Positions 49,492-61,173 of a stretch of DNA of 64,000 nt are shown piece by piece. The stretch lies in assembly GCA_043228905.1 (NCBI GenBank), contig JBHGNT010000010.1, positions 18,538,001 through 18,602,000 on the forward strand, in the 5' to 3' direction. Positions within the stretch are counted from its first letter, which is position 1, and every line of letters begins with the position of its first letter. Below the pieces are notes generated by a model. It ran no database searches. It was not told the DNA's origin and saw nothing but the letters and a program-made list of their open reading frames with translations. The stretch is from Azolla caroliniana (taxonomy: Eukaryota > Plantae > Polypodiophyta). Made by a program: the position numbers and the translations under genes.

Positions 49492-49568
<77 letters not shown>

Positions 49569-51362
49569 CACATAAGTGCTCATATGGCACACACACACAC
49601 ACACAGTCCTACCGCTACATACAATCACTCTCCTTTCTTTACATGGTATCAGAGCGTGTGGTTTTGTGATCAAGACTAATCAACTATGGTGTTCTACATA
49701 CCGACGATCAACAAAACTGGTTCAAGAAACAGAGAAGAAATCATCATGAATACTCAGATGGGAAGCGCTCTTCCTACAGACAAGCTCGACAGGACAAACT
49801 TCACATCTTGGGAGTACAAGATGCATCAGTACCTTGTCGGACAAGGATACTAGAGCTATATTGAAGGAGCTCACGAAACGCATCCCAACCAAACACACAC
49901 TGACTATCCAGTTTGGGAGCAAGCTGCAAGCCGTGTGTTGTATTGCCTTGCATCATGCGTACATGATCACTTGCTCAACTATATTTGAGAGGCGAAAACG
50001 TCGAAAGAAGCTTGGGGCAATCTCAAGAAGATATTCGTGGCCAATACAACTTCCCGTAAGCTTCAACTTCGTCAAGAGCTAAACAATATTCATCAAAGGG
50101 ACATGTCAATCGACAGCTATACATTGAAGATCAAGGAGCTATGTGAGGCCCTCGAATCGATCAATGTCATCATCAATGATGACAAGATGGTGCAAATATG
50201 CCTCGGCGGCTTAGCACCCCGATTTGGCTTGATTAGATCGGTCATCCTTGCAAGGGAGAACCCTCCTTCATTTTTCGATCTCCAATCAATATTGCTGGTT
50301 GAGGAAAATCACACCCGACAAAGGAGCAACGCACCAGAGGGTCATATGCTCTACTCCCAGTCTACGACGTATCTCAGAAAGGAAGGAATCCGACGAGAAT
50401 TCTCATGCCGGCACACACCTTAGCAAAATGGCGTAGCCGAGCGAAAGAACCGACACATAGTAGAGGTTGCACGAGCGATGATGAACAAGAAAAACCTGCC
50501 GAAATCGTACTGGGCAGAAGCTGCGAACATGGTCGTATACCTAATGAACAGGTGCACAACCTCAGGAGTATATGACGTAACCCCCCATGAGAAGTTCTTT
50601 GGAAAGAAGCCAAACTTATCACATGTCCATATTTTCGGCTCAATCGCGTACATTCACATCCCCGATGAGAAGCGACAAAAGCTCAACCCAAAGTCAGAGA
50701 AATGTATCCTCGTAGGATACTCACTGGACCAAAAGGGGTATAGGTGCTATAATCCCTCAATTGAAAAATCTCGACTGAATCGAGACGTCGTTTTCGACGA
50801 GTTCGCATCCTTGTACACACTAGAGACGACTTCGACTCTGATTCCGCTCGACCCAGAATATGCCGAAATAGAGATTGAAGCCAAAGATCGGCTCACGCGC
50901 ATGTACGAAGAAAACTTGATTAGGACAAGGCTTAGTAGGCCACAAGAGCCTCTGAGCGATCAAAGCACATCTCGGCCAAGTTCGAAGTTGGACAAAGGGA
51001 AGGCGAAAATGACGGAGTATGAAGACGATCACTTCAACGGCAACGAATCGACTCCTCCCTCGATAGTGAGCTCGAAGGCATTGACATCCGGACAAATGGA
51101 GCGAAGAAAGCCTTAGTATCCGCAAACGAGAAGCTCCGCCGATCCACCCGTGAAAAGAACCCCATAAGCCGATTCGGCTACAATGATTATATGGCGTACC
51201 ATTACGCCTTTATGATGAAGGTCACGTCAGTACGAGAGCCAGAAACCCTTTCCGAAGCCGTAACGGATCCACGATGGGTTGACACGATGAATGAAGAAAT
51301 GCAATTCCTATGCAAAAACGAGACATGGGATCTCGTTCCTCACACTCCACACAAGAAAGCGA
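49333..51362 (+). mobile_element. Copia-4: decayed 5' part of a second Copia family, 5' LTR 49333-49643
   Basis: Met PBS 49644-49655; gag DKLDRTNFTSWEYKM from 49746; deletion into integrase (NGVAERKNR, YWAEAA, CILVGYS); ends at RT start (KNETWDLV). Confidence 0.85.
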
Positions 51363-52618
51363 AAGATATGGTATGTAAAAACAAGACCGCAAGGAAGGTC
51401 GAAAAACCCAGAGGAAGATCATAGAGCCCCTGACCAACCACGAAGAAGAAGGCCCACAAATTGAGCAAATCCACGAGGCTGAACCAAAGCTAACAAAACT
51501 CACTGACCCCCCTAAACCAAAGCCAACAAAGCGAACTGATCCCCCTGTACCCGAACCGACGAAACATACCCCCCCCCCCCCCCCCCCCCACAGAGCCTAC
51601 GGCCCCCTTGAACCTGCGCCTACGATGCAGACCATGAAATCCCCCACAACACCCACCGTAGTTCTCGCGGAGACGGACCGTCAGGAGCCGAACATCTTGG
51701 ACATCCTTGATGACGTAGGAAGGTCTTCTATGGGTTCGACCATGCAGGCACTATCCCACAGGCGTGCCATGTGTTGGCCTCTTCGGACGGCCAAATGGGA
51801 AAGGTCGAGAAGGAGAAAGACAAAGGGACAGTTACGACAAGCGAAGAAGATGGGAGGGGCTATAACGTAGTGAAGTGGGAGTAACAACCGTTGTCGTGAA
51901 GAAAACCGTCCCCAAGCACAAACCGTGTATAATGTGTGTGAACCGGCCCTTACACGTGGGCACGTCCCTTGTCGTAAAGTAGATAGGGAGAGGCAAGGGT
52001 TAAATCCTAGGTACCAATATTCTATAGGGGAAATCGAGGAGTATCTCTGTCCGAAAGGACATCGAATTAATGTGATGTAAACGGGCAAGGCGGCCTCCCT
52101 CCTTGAGCTATAAAAGAGAGGGAGACGGGGAGAGAAGGACATCGCGCGCTAGAGGGAACGAAGTGCTGTCGGACTGGGACCCAGCTCTTCTTCTCTGTCG
52201 TTCTCCATAGCTTTCTTTGGCGCAGGCTCTCAGGAGGCTGATTCTGCTCCGTGGAACGCCTGTGTGCTTCCGGCAAAATCTCCATCTTGCTCTCTTGTGT
52301 GCGTGGGTGATCAGGCGTCGGCATCCGCCTCGCTGACCTGGTCGGTTGTAATCATTCGAGTCGTCTGCATACACACAAATACATGCATATTGTTACATAC
52401 ATACTCTAGTGTTCTCAACTCATGTCTCTTGTGTTGTTGTGCCGCGCGTCCCCGTGCGCTTCTTTGTCTATACGTGAGTGAGCATCTCTCTCTCTCTCTT
52501 TTCCCCACCTATTCCTCGGTCCAAGACCCCAGTGGTCCCGCCTTGTTCTCCACGCACGCGCGTAACAACGCGACATATTTGGTGAACCCGATGTGAACAG
52601 GCGGCAGAGGAGTAGAAG

Positions 52619-54745
52619 ATGAGGAGGTTGGACCTCGCAGAAGCCATGGCTTCGGCTGTAGACCGTATAGTGAGTGCACGCGAAGGCACCGTCGCCCTTG
52701 ATAGGGCTATCGAGGCGGTTATCGATACGAACGGCCGGTTTAATGGAAAGGATGCCACGAGCTACTTGGCGTCCTACCGGGCTGAGATGGTAATGAGGGA
52801 CATTCCGGAAGAGAGGCGTCTAGCCGGATTCCCTCAAGTGGCGATGCCAGGTATCCATACGGAGGTGCTCGAGGTACGGGCCGAGAGCCGGACCTGGGAG
52901 GAGTTCGAAGGTCGGCTCCTCGAAAGATACGGGCTTGAAGATGCGCTTCGACTTTCGAAGCGGGACTTCATGGAGTGGGTGGAGACCCCCGACAAAGGAA
53001 GGAACGCGTCAGTGCTCCTTCGGGAGTTTGAGGAACGCTTCGCGCGCCTCTCGGTGCTTGACCGGGCCGTTCTGGACACAAGCCGTGTCCTATTGTTTGT
53101 TAAGTCGGTTGACGAGCAGGATCGGGAGCAGGTAGGCCTCCTATTGGACACTGATGACGGGCTGACGGCCGACTGGGCCGTGGTGAAAAGGGTCTGTGGC
53201 CGTTTCGACAAACGGCGGGAATGGGTTGACAAAGGATCGACAGGGGCGGGCTCTGTCGCAGCAAGGAAGCTTGAGCCAACACCACCAGCGCGAAGGGAAG
53301 AGAGCCGAGATTGGCTCGAGACCGGATCAGCTTCAACCGGCGTGGTCAAGGACTCGTCCGGGGGAGCAGCTCTGGAGGAGCTGACGCGGATGGTAAGGGA
53401 TCTCCAGATCGCCCAGGCACGGAGGGATGGTGGCGAACAGGCCCGTGACCGACGACCTCTGGCTGAAAACAGGTGCATGTGGTGTGACGCGGTTGGGCAC
53501 ATCCGAAAGGACTGCGGGGACTTCGCCGAGGCGATGAGAAGCAACGTGGTGTACCTGTGGAACGGTCGAGTGCACGCCAGCGAGACCCGAAGGGCCCTGA
53601 ACCTGAACGTCGGGCGAGGGGGTATGAAAAGGCTGATGGAGGAGGCGGCGGATCGTCACGCGGAGACCGTCCACTACTCGGCGTCAGCTGGTATTCGGGT
53701 CGGAGGTGGCGAGGCCCCGAAAACAAACAAAGCTGGGTTCTGGCCGACGATGTTAGAAGGCCTCGCCGGCGCACGGCTAAGGGAAGAAGAAGTGGACCGC
53801 GTGGAAAAACGGGTCCGGGAGGTAACCGGGTGGAGTGACCCGGTGGAAGAAAGGACGGGCTTCGTTGAAGCCGCTTGTCAAAACTACGAGGCTCTGGTGG
53901 AGGACAAGCGAGTAGGGAAAACCGGAGGGGCTGGGCCCTCGCAGCGATATGAAACTCGATTCGGGCAAAGACGGAATGAGGCCGTTGTAACCGGCACCCA
54001 GGATAATCCCAAGAAGGGTGGGTACCGGCTGCGCACAGAAATCGAAAGATCCACGGACTTGCGAAAGGTCCTGGAAGAACGAATCCTCGACAGCAAGGTG
54101 GAACTGTCGCTGAGGGAAGTACTCGGGATCGCCAAGAAGGAGTTCCACGACTCCATCGTAGACTTGGTGAAGAGGAAGAGGCTGTCGACGGAGACAGAAC
54201 CGGAGAAGCCGGTGGAGGTGCGGACAACGCACATAGAGGACATGGCGCTGGAAGACGAGTTGGCGGAGAGCCACTATTCGAGGCCGCACTGGGCCAGAGC
54301 GACCACGGAGACCCCCGTGAAGATCGGAGATGTTCATGAACCGGTGGTGGCGTTGGTGGACCATGGTTCAGAAATCAATTTGATGTCCATGGACTTCTAT
54401 AAGAAGGGAAAGTGGCCGATCAACACCAAGCACGGGTGGAAAATACGGGCGGCGACGCGTGCCACCGAAGAACTGCATGGAGCCTACCCGAACGTACGAG
54501 TAAAGATCGGCGATGTCGAGATTGACCAGCACTTCTTCGTGCAGGAGACGTCCTCACATCCGGTTATACTAGGAGAACCGTACATCACGGCAGCGCGGAT
54601 GGAGACCAAGGTGCTGGACAACGGCTCGGCCTATGCAAGGGTCAAGAGCCAGGATGGGCGTCACTCGGTCCAGTTCCTGACGGTGAGACCGAACCATGAG
54701 AGGAACTGCGAGACCCTCGGGGGCGAAAGCAGGGAGGAGTTTTGA
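52619..54745 (+). CDS. gag: Gag-protease polyprotein, 708 aa
   Basis: CMWCDAVGHIRKDC knuckle, DUF4100-like segment (ILDSKVELSLREVLG, from memory), protease ALVDHGSEINLM..ILGEPY. Confidence 0.88.
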   Translation: MRRLDLAEAMASAVDRIVSAREGTVALDRAIEAVIDTNGRFNGKDATSYLASYRAEMVMRDIPEERRLAGFPQVAMPGIHTEVLEVRAESRTWEEFEGRLLERYGLEDALRLSKRDFMEWVETPDKGRNASVLLREFEERFARLSVLDRAVLDTSRVLLFVKSVDEQDREQVGLLLDTDDGLTADWAVVKRVCGRFDKRREWVDKGSTGAGSVAARKLEPTPPARREESRDWLETGSASTGVVKDSSGGAALEELTRMVRDLQIAQARRDGGEQARDRRPLAENRCMWCDAVGHIRKDCGDFAEAMRSNVVYLWNGRVHASETRRALNLNVGRGGMKRLMEEAADRHAETVHYSASAGIRVGGGEAPKTNKAGFWPTMLEGLAGARLREEEVDRVEKRVREVTGWSDPVEERTGFVEAACQNYEALVEDKRVGKTGGAGPSQRYETRFGQRRNEAVVTGTQDNPKKGGYRLRTEIERSTDLRKVLEERILDSKVELSLREVLGIAKKEFHDSIVDLVKRKRLSTETEPEKPVEVRTTHIEDMALEDELAESHYSRPHWARATTETPVKIGDVHEPVVALVDHGSEINLMSMDFYKKGKWPINTKHGWKIRAATRATEELHGAYPNVRVKIGDVEIDQHFFVQETSSHPVILGEPYITAARMETKVLDNGSAYARVKSQDGRHSVQFLTVRPNHERNCETLGGESREEF

Positions 54746-57700
54746 AGAGGGCTATCAAGGCGTGGGGCCGCGATAGTCCGAACACTCTGGGAAAACCCCA
54801 CAAGTGTATGATAGCGAAGAAGACCTGTGCTATAAGTAGGGAATTTTGGTTCTCCGACAACGGAGGGTGTACGATAGTCGACGTTGTTGGCCGGGAGAAG
54901 AGAAGGGCGGAGGAGCGACTTCGGGCATGTGGCATCCTCGACCTCGGAGAAGAAATCAACGGAGCCGTGGAGGCGGTCTCTTTCATCGATACCTTGGGGA
55001 AGCTGCGGGAGGTAGTCGGAGGAGTCCTTAAAGAGGACCGGACGATTCCGGTATGTTCGGAAAAGATGTACGAAGTCATCGCAGACTTCAGTGGAGGGCT
55101 CGAGTCGGATCGGACGGCCCGGGTGGACACGAGGTACAAGACTGTGGACCGGAAGGTGAGGCCAGTCGCGGCTCCCTTGCCGGAGGGCAGCAAGTTGCGA
55201 ATAAAGGGGGTTGCGTCGGACCCGAGTTTACGAAATCCGGCCCGCATAGGACACATGTTCACCGACATAACGCTACGCGAGCTCAAAATCGGTGGGGGCG
55301 GCTTCCTACTGCAGGCGGAAGAGGACCGTTTCCGGGGAATGCTCGGAAGGCACGGGAAGGCTTTCGCATTCTCACCGGAGGAGATCGGGTGTGTAGACCC
55401 GACAGTCGTGGAACCGATGGTGATATTCACGGTACCGCATGTGCCGTGGAGTCTCAAACCGATTCCAGTACCCAGAGCTCACATCCCGAAGCTGATGGAG
55501 CTGTTAAAGAAAAAGGTTGAGATGGGAATCCTCGAACCGTCGAGTGCCCCATACTCGAATCGGTGGTTTACCGTGCCGAAGAAGGACGGCACGTTGCGCT
55601 TTATTCAAGGCCTGCAGCCGGTCAACAAGGTGACCATTCGAGACGCAGGAATCGGACCGACAATAGACGAGTTCGCGGAGGCCTTCGCCGGAAGGTCGAT
55701 TTACTCGGTCGGTGATCTCTACTCGGGGTACGATCAGTTCCAGCTTGCCGTAGAGAGCAGGGACATCACAACAATGCGAACTCCTCTCGGCCTAGTACGA
55801 ATGTGTACCCTGCCGCAAGGAGGGACGAACTCGGTGGCTCACATGGTGAACGCAATGAACAAAGTGCTGAGGGATTGTATCCCGAACATCACCATGCCGT
55901 TTTTGGACGACGTCCCGATCAAGGGATGCGCGGTGGAGGAAAGGGATGAGACGACCGGACCGGACGGATGCCGGAAATTCGTGGCGACGCACATCGATGA
56001 CTGCGAGAAGGTGTTGCAGAGGTTGGAGAGCGCGAGGCTCACCTTCTCCGGGGGAAAGTTGGCCTTCGGGCAATCAGAGATCATGGTCGTCAAACACCTA
56101 TGCAGGCCGTACGGCCGGAAACCTTCTCCGGCCAAGGTAGAAGCCATCTCTGCGATGAAGAACGACTGTAGCTCGGTCACAGAGGTTCAGAGGTTCTTGG
56201 GAGCGTGCGCGTTCTACCACATATGGATCCCGCATTACACTCACGTCGCAGAGCCGTTATACGGGTTGCTGAAAAAGGGGCGAAAATTCGAGTGGAGAGG
56301 CGAGCATACGGAGTCTGTCCGGAAGATGAAGGAAGCACTTGCCGCGACTCCAACGCTCCGAAAGGCTGTCTACGGAAAGAGCACTCCAATTTACGTAACG
56401 GTAGACACGAGTCCGACCGGGATCGGATGGGTCGTCAACCAGGAAGACGAGGACGGCATGCGTTTCCCGATCCGATTCGGCGCGAAGGTCCTCAGCGAGC
56501 GACATCGAGGATACGCCCAGGTTAAATGCGAGCTCTGGGGTATCGTTTCGGCGGTAAAGGCCGATAAAGACTACCTAATTGGGGCAGAGGTAATTATCGA
56601 GACGGACTGCCTGCCAATTCTTGGCATGGTTTCTGGATGCGCGACGCTAGACCTGGCAATGCTCAGGTGGATAGCATACATCAAGTCCCTGAATCCGGAA
56701 ATACGACACATTTCCGGGAAAGACAACGCCATGGCCGACATGCTTTCAAGGGCAAGGTTCAAAAACGACGGCGGCATGGTTTCAGAAGACGAGGAAGTCG
56801 GCGTGGACTTCTTCGAGGCGGCTAACGTAACAACCGGTAGGGAATGCTCTCCAACGCTTAACGATTTCGATGAGAGCAAGTATGACGGGGAGTGGTTGCA
56901 GATCGGTGGGTTCCTGAAAACAATGACACCGGACGCGGCATGGACAACGGACGAGGCCAACCGGATTCGGAAGAAAGCCTACCGATTCTTTCTCCGGGAC
57001 GGATACATATGGAAGCACTCAAAGAAGAGGAACGGCATCCCGCTCCGAGTGGTGGCGAAGAAGGAGGAACAGGCGGATTTGTTGGCGGTGTACCACGATA
57101 GCCCATGGGCTGGACACCGTGGAACGTGGGCCACGTTCGAAAAGCTAAAGGGGAAGTACTGGTGGTCGGGACTATACCGGGACGTGCATCGGTTCGTGAC
57201 GACTTGCGAAAGCTGTCAAGTGCACTCCATGATCCGACATCGGGACAAGCTTCACCCGACCTACCCTCCGACCGTCCACTTCAAGTGGATGGTAGATTTG
57301 GTGACGATGCCAATGGGGGTAGGACAGATGCAGTATCTGATGCTGGCTCGGGAAGATCTAACGAACCAGGTTGAAGGCCGATCCCTGCAAAACAAGACGA
57401 CGGCAGCCGTGTGCCGGTTTTTGATTGAGGACGTAGTATGCCGATACGGGTGCGTAGGGAAGATCGTGGCTGACCGTGGTGAGTTGGACGCAGAAGAGGC
57501 CGAAGAGCTGTTCAACCAGCTAGGAGTCAAACTTTCTCTCACCACAGCGTACAATCCGGAGGCGAACGGGAAGGTGGAGCGCGGACACGGGCCAATTGTC
57601 AAAGCGCTAGTACGAGCGTGTGGAGGCCGAGTCAGGGATTGGCCACGGTTGCTACCTTATGCCTTGTGGGCGGACCGGACTACGCACAATTCGGTAACCG

Positions 57701-58230
57701 GGTTCATGTCGGCCGAGCTGATGTTCGGACAGAAGCCGATCATGCCAACAGAGCGAACGATCTCCTCGTGGGCCACGGTGGACTGGAGGGATGAGATGAG
57801 CCGGGAGGAACTGTTGGCGGCGCGGATTCGACAGCTCGAGCGGAGGCCGGAGGACGTAGAGCGAGCTGCGGAGAAACTACGAGTAGCGAGGATAAGGAAC
57901 AAAGCCCGGTTCGACCGAACACACCGGTCCAGGCCAAGGAAGATCGAGGAAGGCGACTGGGTGCTAGTCTACGACAGCAGCCTCGACAATCAGCACAGGG
58001 CCACGCGGAAGTTTTCAAGGAGGTGGTTCGGGCCTTACGTAGTAACAAGCGCCAACGACAATGGGACGTACCATCTCGCGGAGCTTGACGGTACGAGAAT
58101 GGCGATACCGGTAGCGGGGAAGAGGGTCAAAGCGTTCAAGAAACAGCACAACGGGGAGCCGGAGCTAGGGGGCATGGACAGCGACGACGAGCAGCCCGAG
58201 GTGGAGGATGAACCGGTAAACGAGGAATAA
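54742..58230 (+). CDS. pol: Pol (RT, RNase H, integrase) in the -1 frame, 1162 aa
   Basis: DLYSGYDQ, LPQGGTNS, FLDDVPIKG, VDTSPTGIG, HRGTWAT..CESCQ, YNPEANGKVERGH, RRWFGPY. Open but with some likely damaging substitutions (e.g. FIQGLQ). Confidence 0.92.
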   Translation: MKRAIKAWGRDSPNTLGKPHKCMIAKKTCAISREFWFSDNGGCTIVDVVGREKRRAEERLRACGILDLGEEINGAVEAVSFIDTLGKLREVVGGVLKEDRTIPVCSEKMYEVIADFSGGLESDRTARVDTRYKTVDRKVRPVAAPLPEGSKLRIKGVASDPSLRNPARIGHMFTDITLRELKIGGGGFLLQAEEDRFRGMLGRHGKAFAFSPEEIGCVDPTVVEPMVIFTVPHVPWSLKPIPVPRAHIPKLMELLKKKVEMGILEPSSAPYSNRWFTVPKKDGTLRFIQGLQPVNKVTIRDAGIGPTIDEFAEAFAGRSIYSVGDLYSGYDQFQLAVESRDITTMRTPLGLVRMCTLPQGGTNSVAHMVNAMNKVLRDCIPNITMPFLDDVPIKGCAVEERDETTGPDGCRKFVATHIDDCEKVLQRLESARLTFSGGKLAFGQSEIMVVKHLCRPYGRKPSPAKVEAISAMKNDCSSVTEVQRFLGACAFYHIWIPHYTHVAEPLYGLLKKGRKFEWRGEHTESVRKMKEALAATPTLRKAVYGKSTPIYVTVDTSPTGIGWVVNQEDEDGMRFPIRFGAKVLSERHRGYAQVKCELWGIVSAVKADKDYLIGAEVIIETDCLPILGMVSGCATLDLAMLRWIAYIKSLNPEIRHISGKDNAMADMLSRARFKNDGGMVSEDEEVGVDFFEAANVTTGRECSPTLNDFDESKYDGEWLQIGGFLKTMTPDAAWTTDEANRIRKKAYRFFLRDGYIWKHSKKRNGIPLRVVAKKEEQADLLAVYHDSPWAGHRGTWATFEKLKGKYWWSGLYRDVHRFVTTCESCQVHSMIRHRDKLHPTYPPTVHFKWMVDLVTMPMGVGQMQYLMLAREDLTNQVEGRSLQNKTTAAVCRFLIEDVVCRYGCVGKIVADRGELDAEEAEELFNQLGVKLSLTTAYNPEANGKVERGHGPIVKALVRACGGRVRDWPRLLPYALWADRTTHNSVTGFMSAELMFGQKPIMPTERTISSWATVDWRDEMSREELLAARIRQLERRPEDVERAAEKLRVARIRNKARFDRTHRSRPRKIEEGDWVLVYDSSLDNQHRATRKFSRRWFGPYVVTSANDNGTYHLAELDGTRMAIPVAGKRVKAFKKQHNGEPELGGMDSDDEQPEVEDEPVNEE

Positions 58231-59408
58231 AAGCAAGGATCGGTTTTCTCCCGTAGGAACCCAATTTTGGCGCATACCGGTGGATGCGCGGTTAGGTGGG
58301 GGCGGATGTCGTGAAGAAAACCGTCCCCAGGCGCAAACCGTGTATAATGTGTGTGAACCGGCCCTTACACGTGGGCACGTCCCTTGTCGTAAAGTAGATA
58401 GGTAGAGGCAAGGGTTAAATCCTAGGTACCAATATTCTATAGGGGAAATCGAGGAGTATCTCTGTCTGAAAGGACAACGAATTAATGTGATTTAAACGGG
58501 CAAGGCGGCCTCCCTCCTTGAGCTATAAAAGAGAGGGAGACGGGGAGAGAAGGACATCGCGCGCTAGAGGGAACGAAGTGCTGTTGGACTGGGACTGAGC
58601 TCTTCTTCTCTGTCGTTCTCCATAGCTTTCTTTGGCGCAGGCTCTCAGGAGGCTGATTCTGCTCCGTGGAACGCCCGTGTGCTTCCGGCAGAATCTCCAT
58701 ATTGTTGTCCTGTGTGCGTGGGTGATCAGGCGTCGGCATCCGCCTCGCTGACCTGGTCGGTTGTAACCATTCGAGTCGTCTGCATACACACAAATACATG
58801 CATATTGTTACATACATACTCTAGTGTTCTCAACTCATGTCTCCTGTGTTGTTGTGCCGCGCGTCCCCGTGCGCTTCTTTGTCTATACGTGAGTGATCGT
58901 CTCTCTCTCTCTCTTTTCCCCACCTATTCCTCGGTCCAAGACCCCAGTGGTCCCACCTTGTTCTCCACGCATGCGCGTAGCAACGCGACACCGTAGCGTA
59001 GTTAATGAAAGTAATGCTTCACGCGTCAAGTGTAACCACCCATGACCCTGTATATAAAGGGCATGGAAAACTTGTAAAAAAACTAGCAATAATCTTGTAC
59101 TCAATAACTAGAATATAGTTTCTAATTGCCTGACTCATTGTGTTTATGCGACTCTTGTATCTGTTTCATGTTTTCATGTCGAGTATACATTTTGTGTTAA
59201 AGTTGTATTACGTTGTGTATGATAGTACGTAAGGAGTCGGTTGTAGGCGTCTCCCTGATCTCCACAATCAAGTTAACCCTTACGAGTCTCGTACACGATC
59301 ATCCGAGTTCTGGGTAAGACGTACTGACCCATTCCTCAAACCACGATTCCCTTAACCCGAACCCCGAAGGATTGAGGATTCGGCACCGTGTCACCTTAAT
59401 CGGTAACA

Positions 59409-61173
59409 AAGATGACCACAACCGTATGTTGGTTCTTAATCGAAGACGTGATCTACCGATACGGTTGTGTCGGGAAAATCGTGGCCCACTAAGGGGAGTT
59501 AAACGCTCAAGAAGCCGAGGAGTGTTGTTCAATCGACTAGGGGTCAAGCTCTCCCTCAAAACAGCAGACAATCCGAAAACGAACAGAAAGGTCGAACGTA
59601 GCCACAGTCTGATCGTAAAGGCAATCGTAAGGGCTTGCGACGAGCAAGTCGGAAATTGGCCGAGACTCCTGCCATATGCATTATGGGCCAACCGAACTAC
59701 GCACGGTTCGGTAACCGGATAGATACCAGTCGAACTCATGTTCGGGCAGAAGTCGATCATGTCGGTGGAACATACGATAACCTCATGGACGGTGGTCAAC
59801 TGATCGGGAGGAATTCTTGGTTGCTCGGATTCGACAACTTGAATGAAGACCGAAGGATGTGGAGCGAGCAAAGGAGAGGCTAGAGAAGGCGTGTATGAAG
59901 AACAAGGAGCGGTTCGACCGAATGCACCGACTACGACCGAGGAAAATCGAAGAAGGCGATTGGGTGTTGGACTACGACAACACCCTGGATAACCAGCACC
60001 AATCGACACGGAAGTTCGTGAGACGGTGGTTCAAGCCGTACGTGGTGATGAGCACCGATGACAATGCCACGTATCACCTTGTAGAGCTCGACGGAAATAG
60101 GATAGCAGTGCCAGTTGTGGGGAAGCGAATCAAGGCATTCAAGAGGTGGCAGGAGGCGGCAGGAGGCGGAACTAGACCCGGAGGTGGAGGACAATGGCAA
60201 GGCTGAGGAGCCGGACGAGGACCCGACCGGAGATGGATCGAGAGAAGACGAGTAAGAACCAAACCGAAATCCCCACTACTTCACTACTTGGCACATGTCA
60301 AAGGATGTGTAGCTTGGTGGGGGTGGATGTCATGGAGGATTCCGACGAAGGAGAGAAAGACTCTCGGATGCATATGAATGAGGAAATTCAGTCACGAGAA
60401 GGAGAACTCGCCAGATGGCACGGGGGTGTGCATGTATGCACATGAAAAGGGCATTGTATACAAACTTTTGTTAATATATAGTATTAATAAGTACAAGGTA
60501 GAAGGTAGTTTAGTAGTTTTAATGTCCTATAAAAAGAGGAGAATAAAGCATGTGATGGGAGAGAATCAAGGGAAAGATTAGTGATAGAAAACGGGTTGTC
60601 ATAAAGGATGATGAACCGACCCTCCTTGAGAGATAAAGGGGGAAAGGAAGACCGTTTGAGGGGATATCCATCGTTTTGGAGGAGGAACTATTCTTGGTTT
60701 GAGCTCAGAGTTTCCGGTTTCTGTCTGGTCATTTTCGGTGTGCTAACGTGATGCCTCTATTCGCATAGGAAGCCTGTGTGCTCCCAACTAGAGGCCAATC
60801 ATTTCAATGTGTCTTGTGTGTGTTCGGAGCTCCACGCTCCGTTACCCACTGAGTCCGTTTGTATTTTCTATCATTTAATCCATTATTGGTTTGTTGTATC
60901 CGAATCTATCTTTCTTTGTGTTTGGGTTCGCATTATCATCTCTGATTTTGTCTGTTTTTGCGTATTTACTTGAGTCTCTGAGCCCATGTACTCATCTTCC
61001 AAAATCTAGCGACAGGCCCAAATCGAATACACATTTGCGAGCCCGTGTGCCATAAATATCTCTAGCAACCGAACTATATAGACACTACAAGCATGTGGTC
61101 TCCCTCCAGCTCCTTAGTCCAAGTCCCCGGTGGTCCCGCCAAATTCGACACGTACACGTAGATATCCACGACA
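59409..61173 (+). mobile_element. Decayed 3' part (integrase + 3' LTR 60328-61173) of another Trp-group element
   Basis: WPRLLPYALWA, RPRKIEEGDWVL match the 54742 Pol; PPT GGTGGGGGTGGA; LTR TGTC..CACGACA with shared U5 motif; followed by ACGG. Confidence 0.85.

Larger units (their letters stand above)
51892..58990 (+). mobile_element. Full-length Trp-primed Ty3/Gypsy element (probably Phygy/Selgy-like non-chromovirus), 4-bp TSD CCGT
   Basis: 684-bp LTRs 51892-52575 and 58307-58990 (about 20 differences by eye); CCGT at 51888-51891 / 58991-58994; PBS TGGTGAACCCGATGTGAA 52580-52597; PPT AGGTGGGGGCGGA. Lineage name is inference. Confidence 0.95.
51363..59408 (+). mobile_element. Gypsy D remnant: tail of the extra ORF plus 3' LTR (51772-51891 + 58995-59408) of a Gypsy A relative
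   Basis: EPNILDILDD..LSHRRAMC matches Gypsy A EQSILDILDE..LSHERAMC; LTR TGTT..AACA with TATATAAAG at ~59051; another element's integrase resumes at 59409. Confidence 0.7.

Noticed and set aside
51363-51367. AAGAT as left TSD matching 59409-59413
   Set aside because: Not followed by a TG-starting LTR, and the flanks belong to different elements; probably coincidence at a deletion junction.
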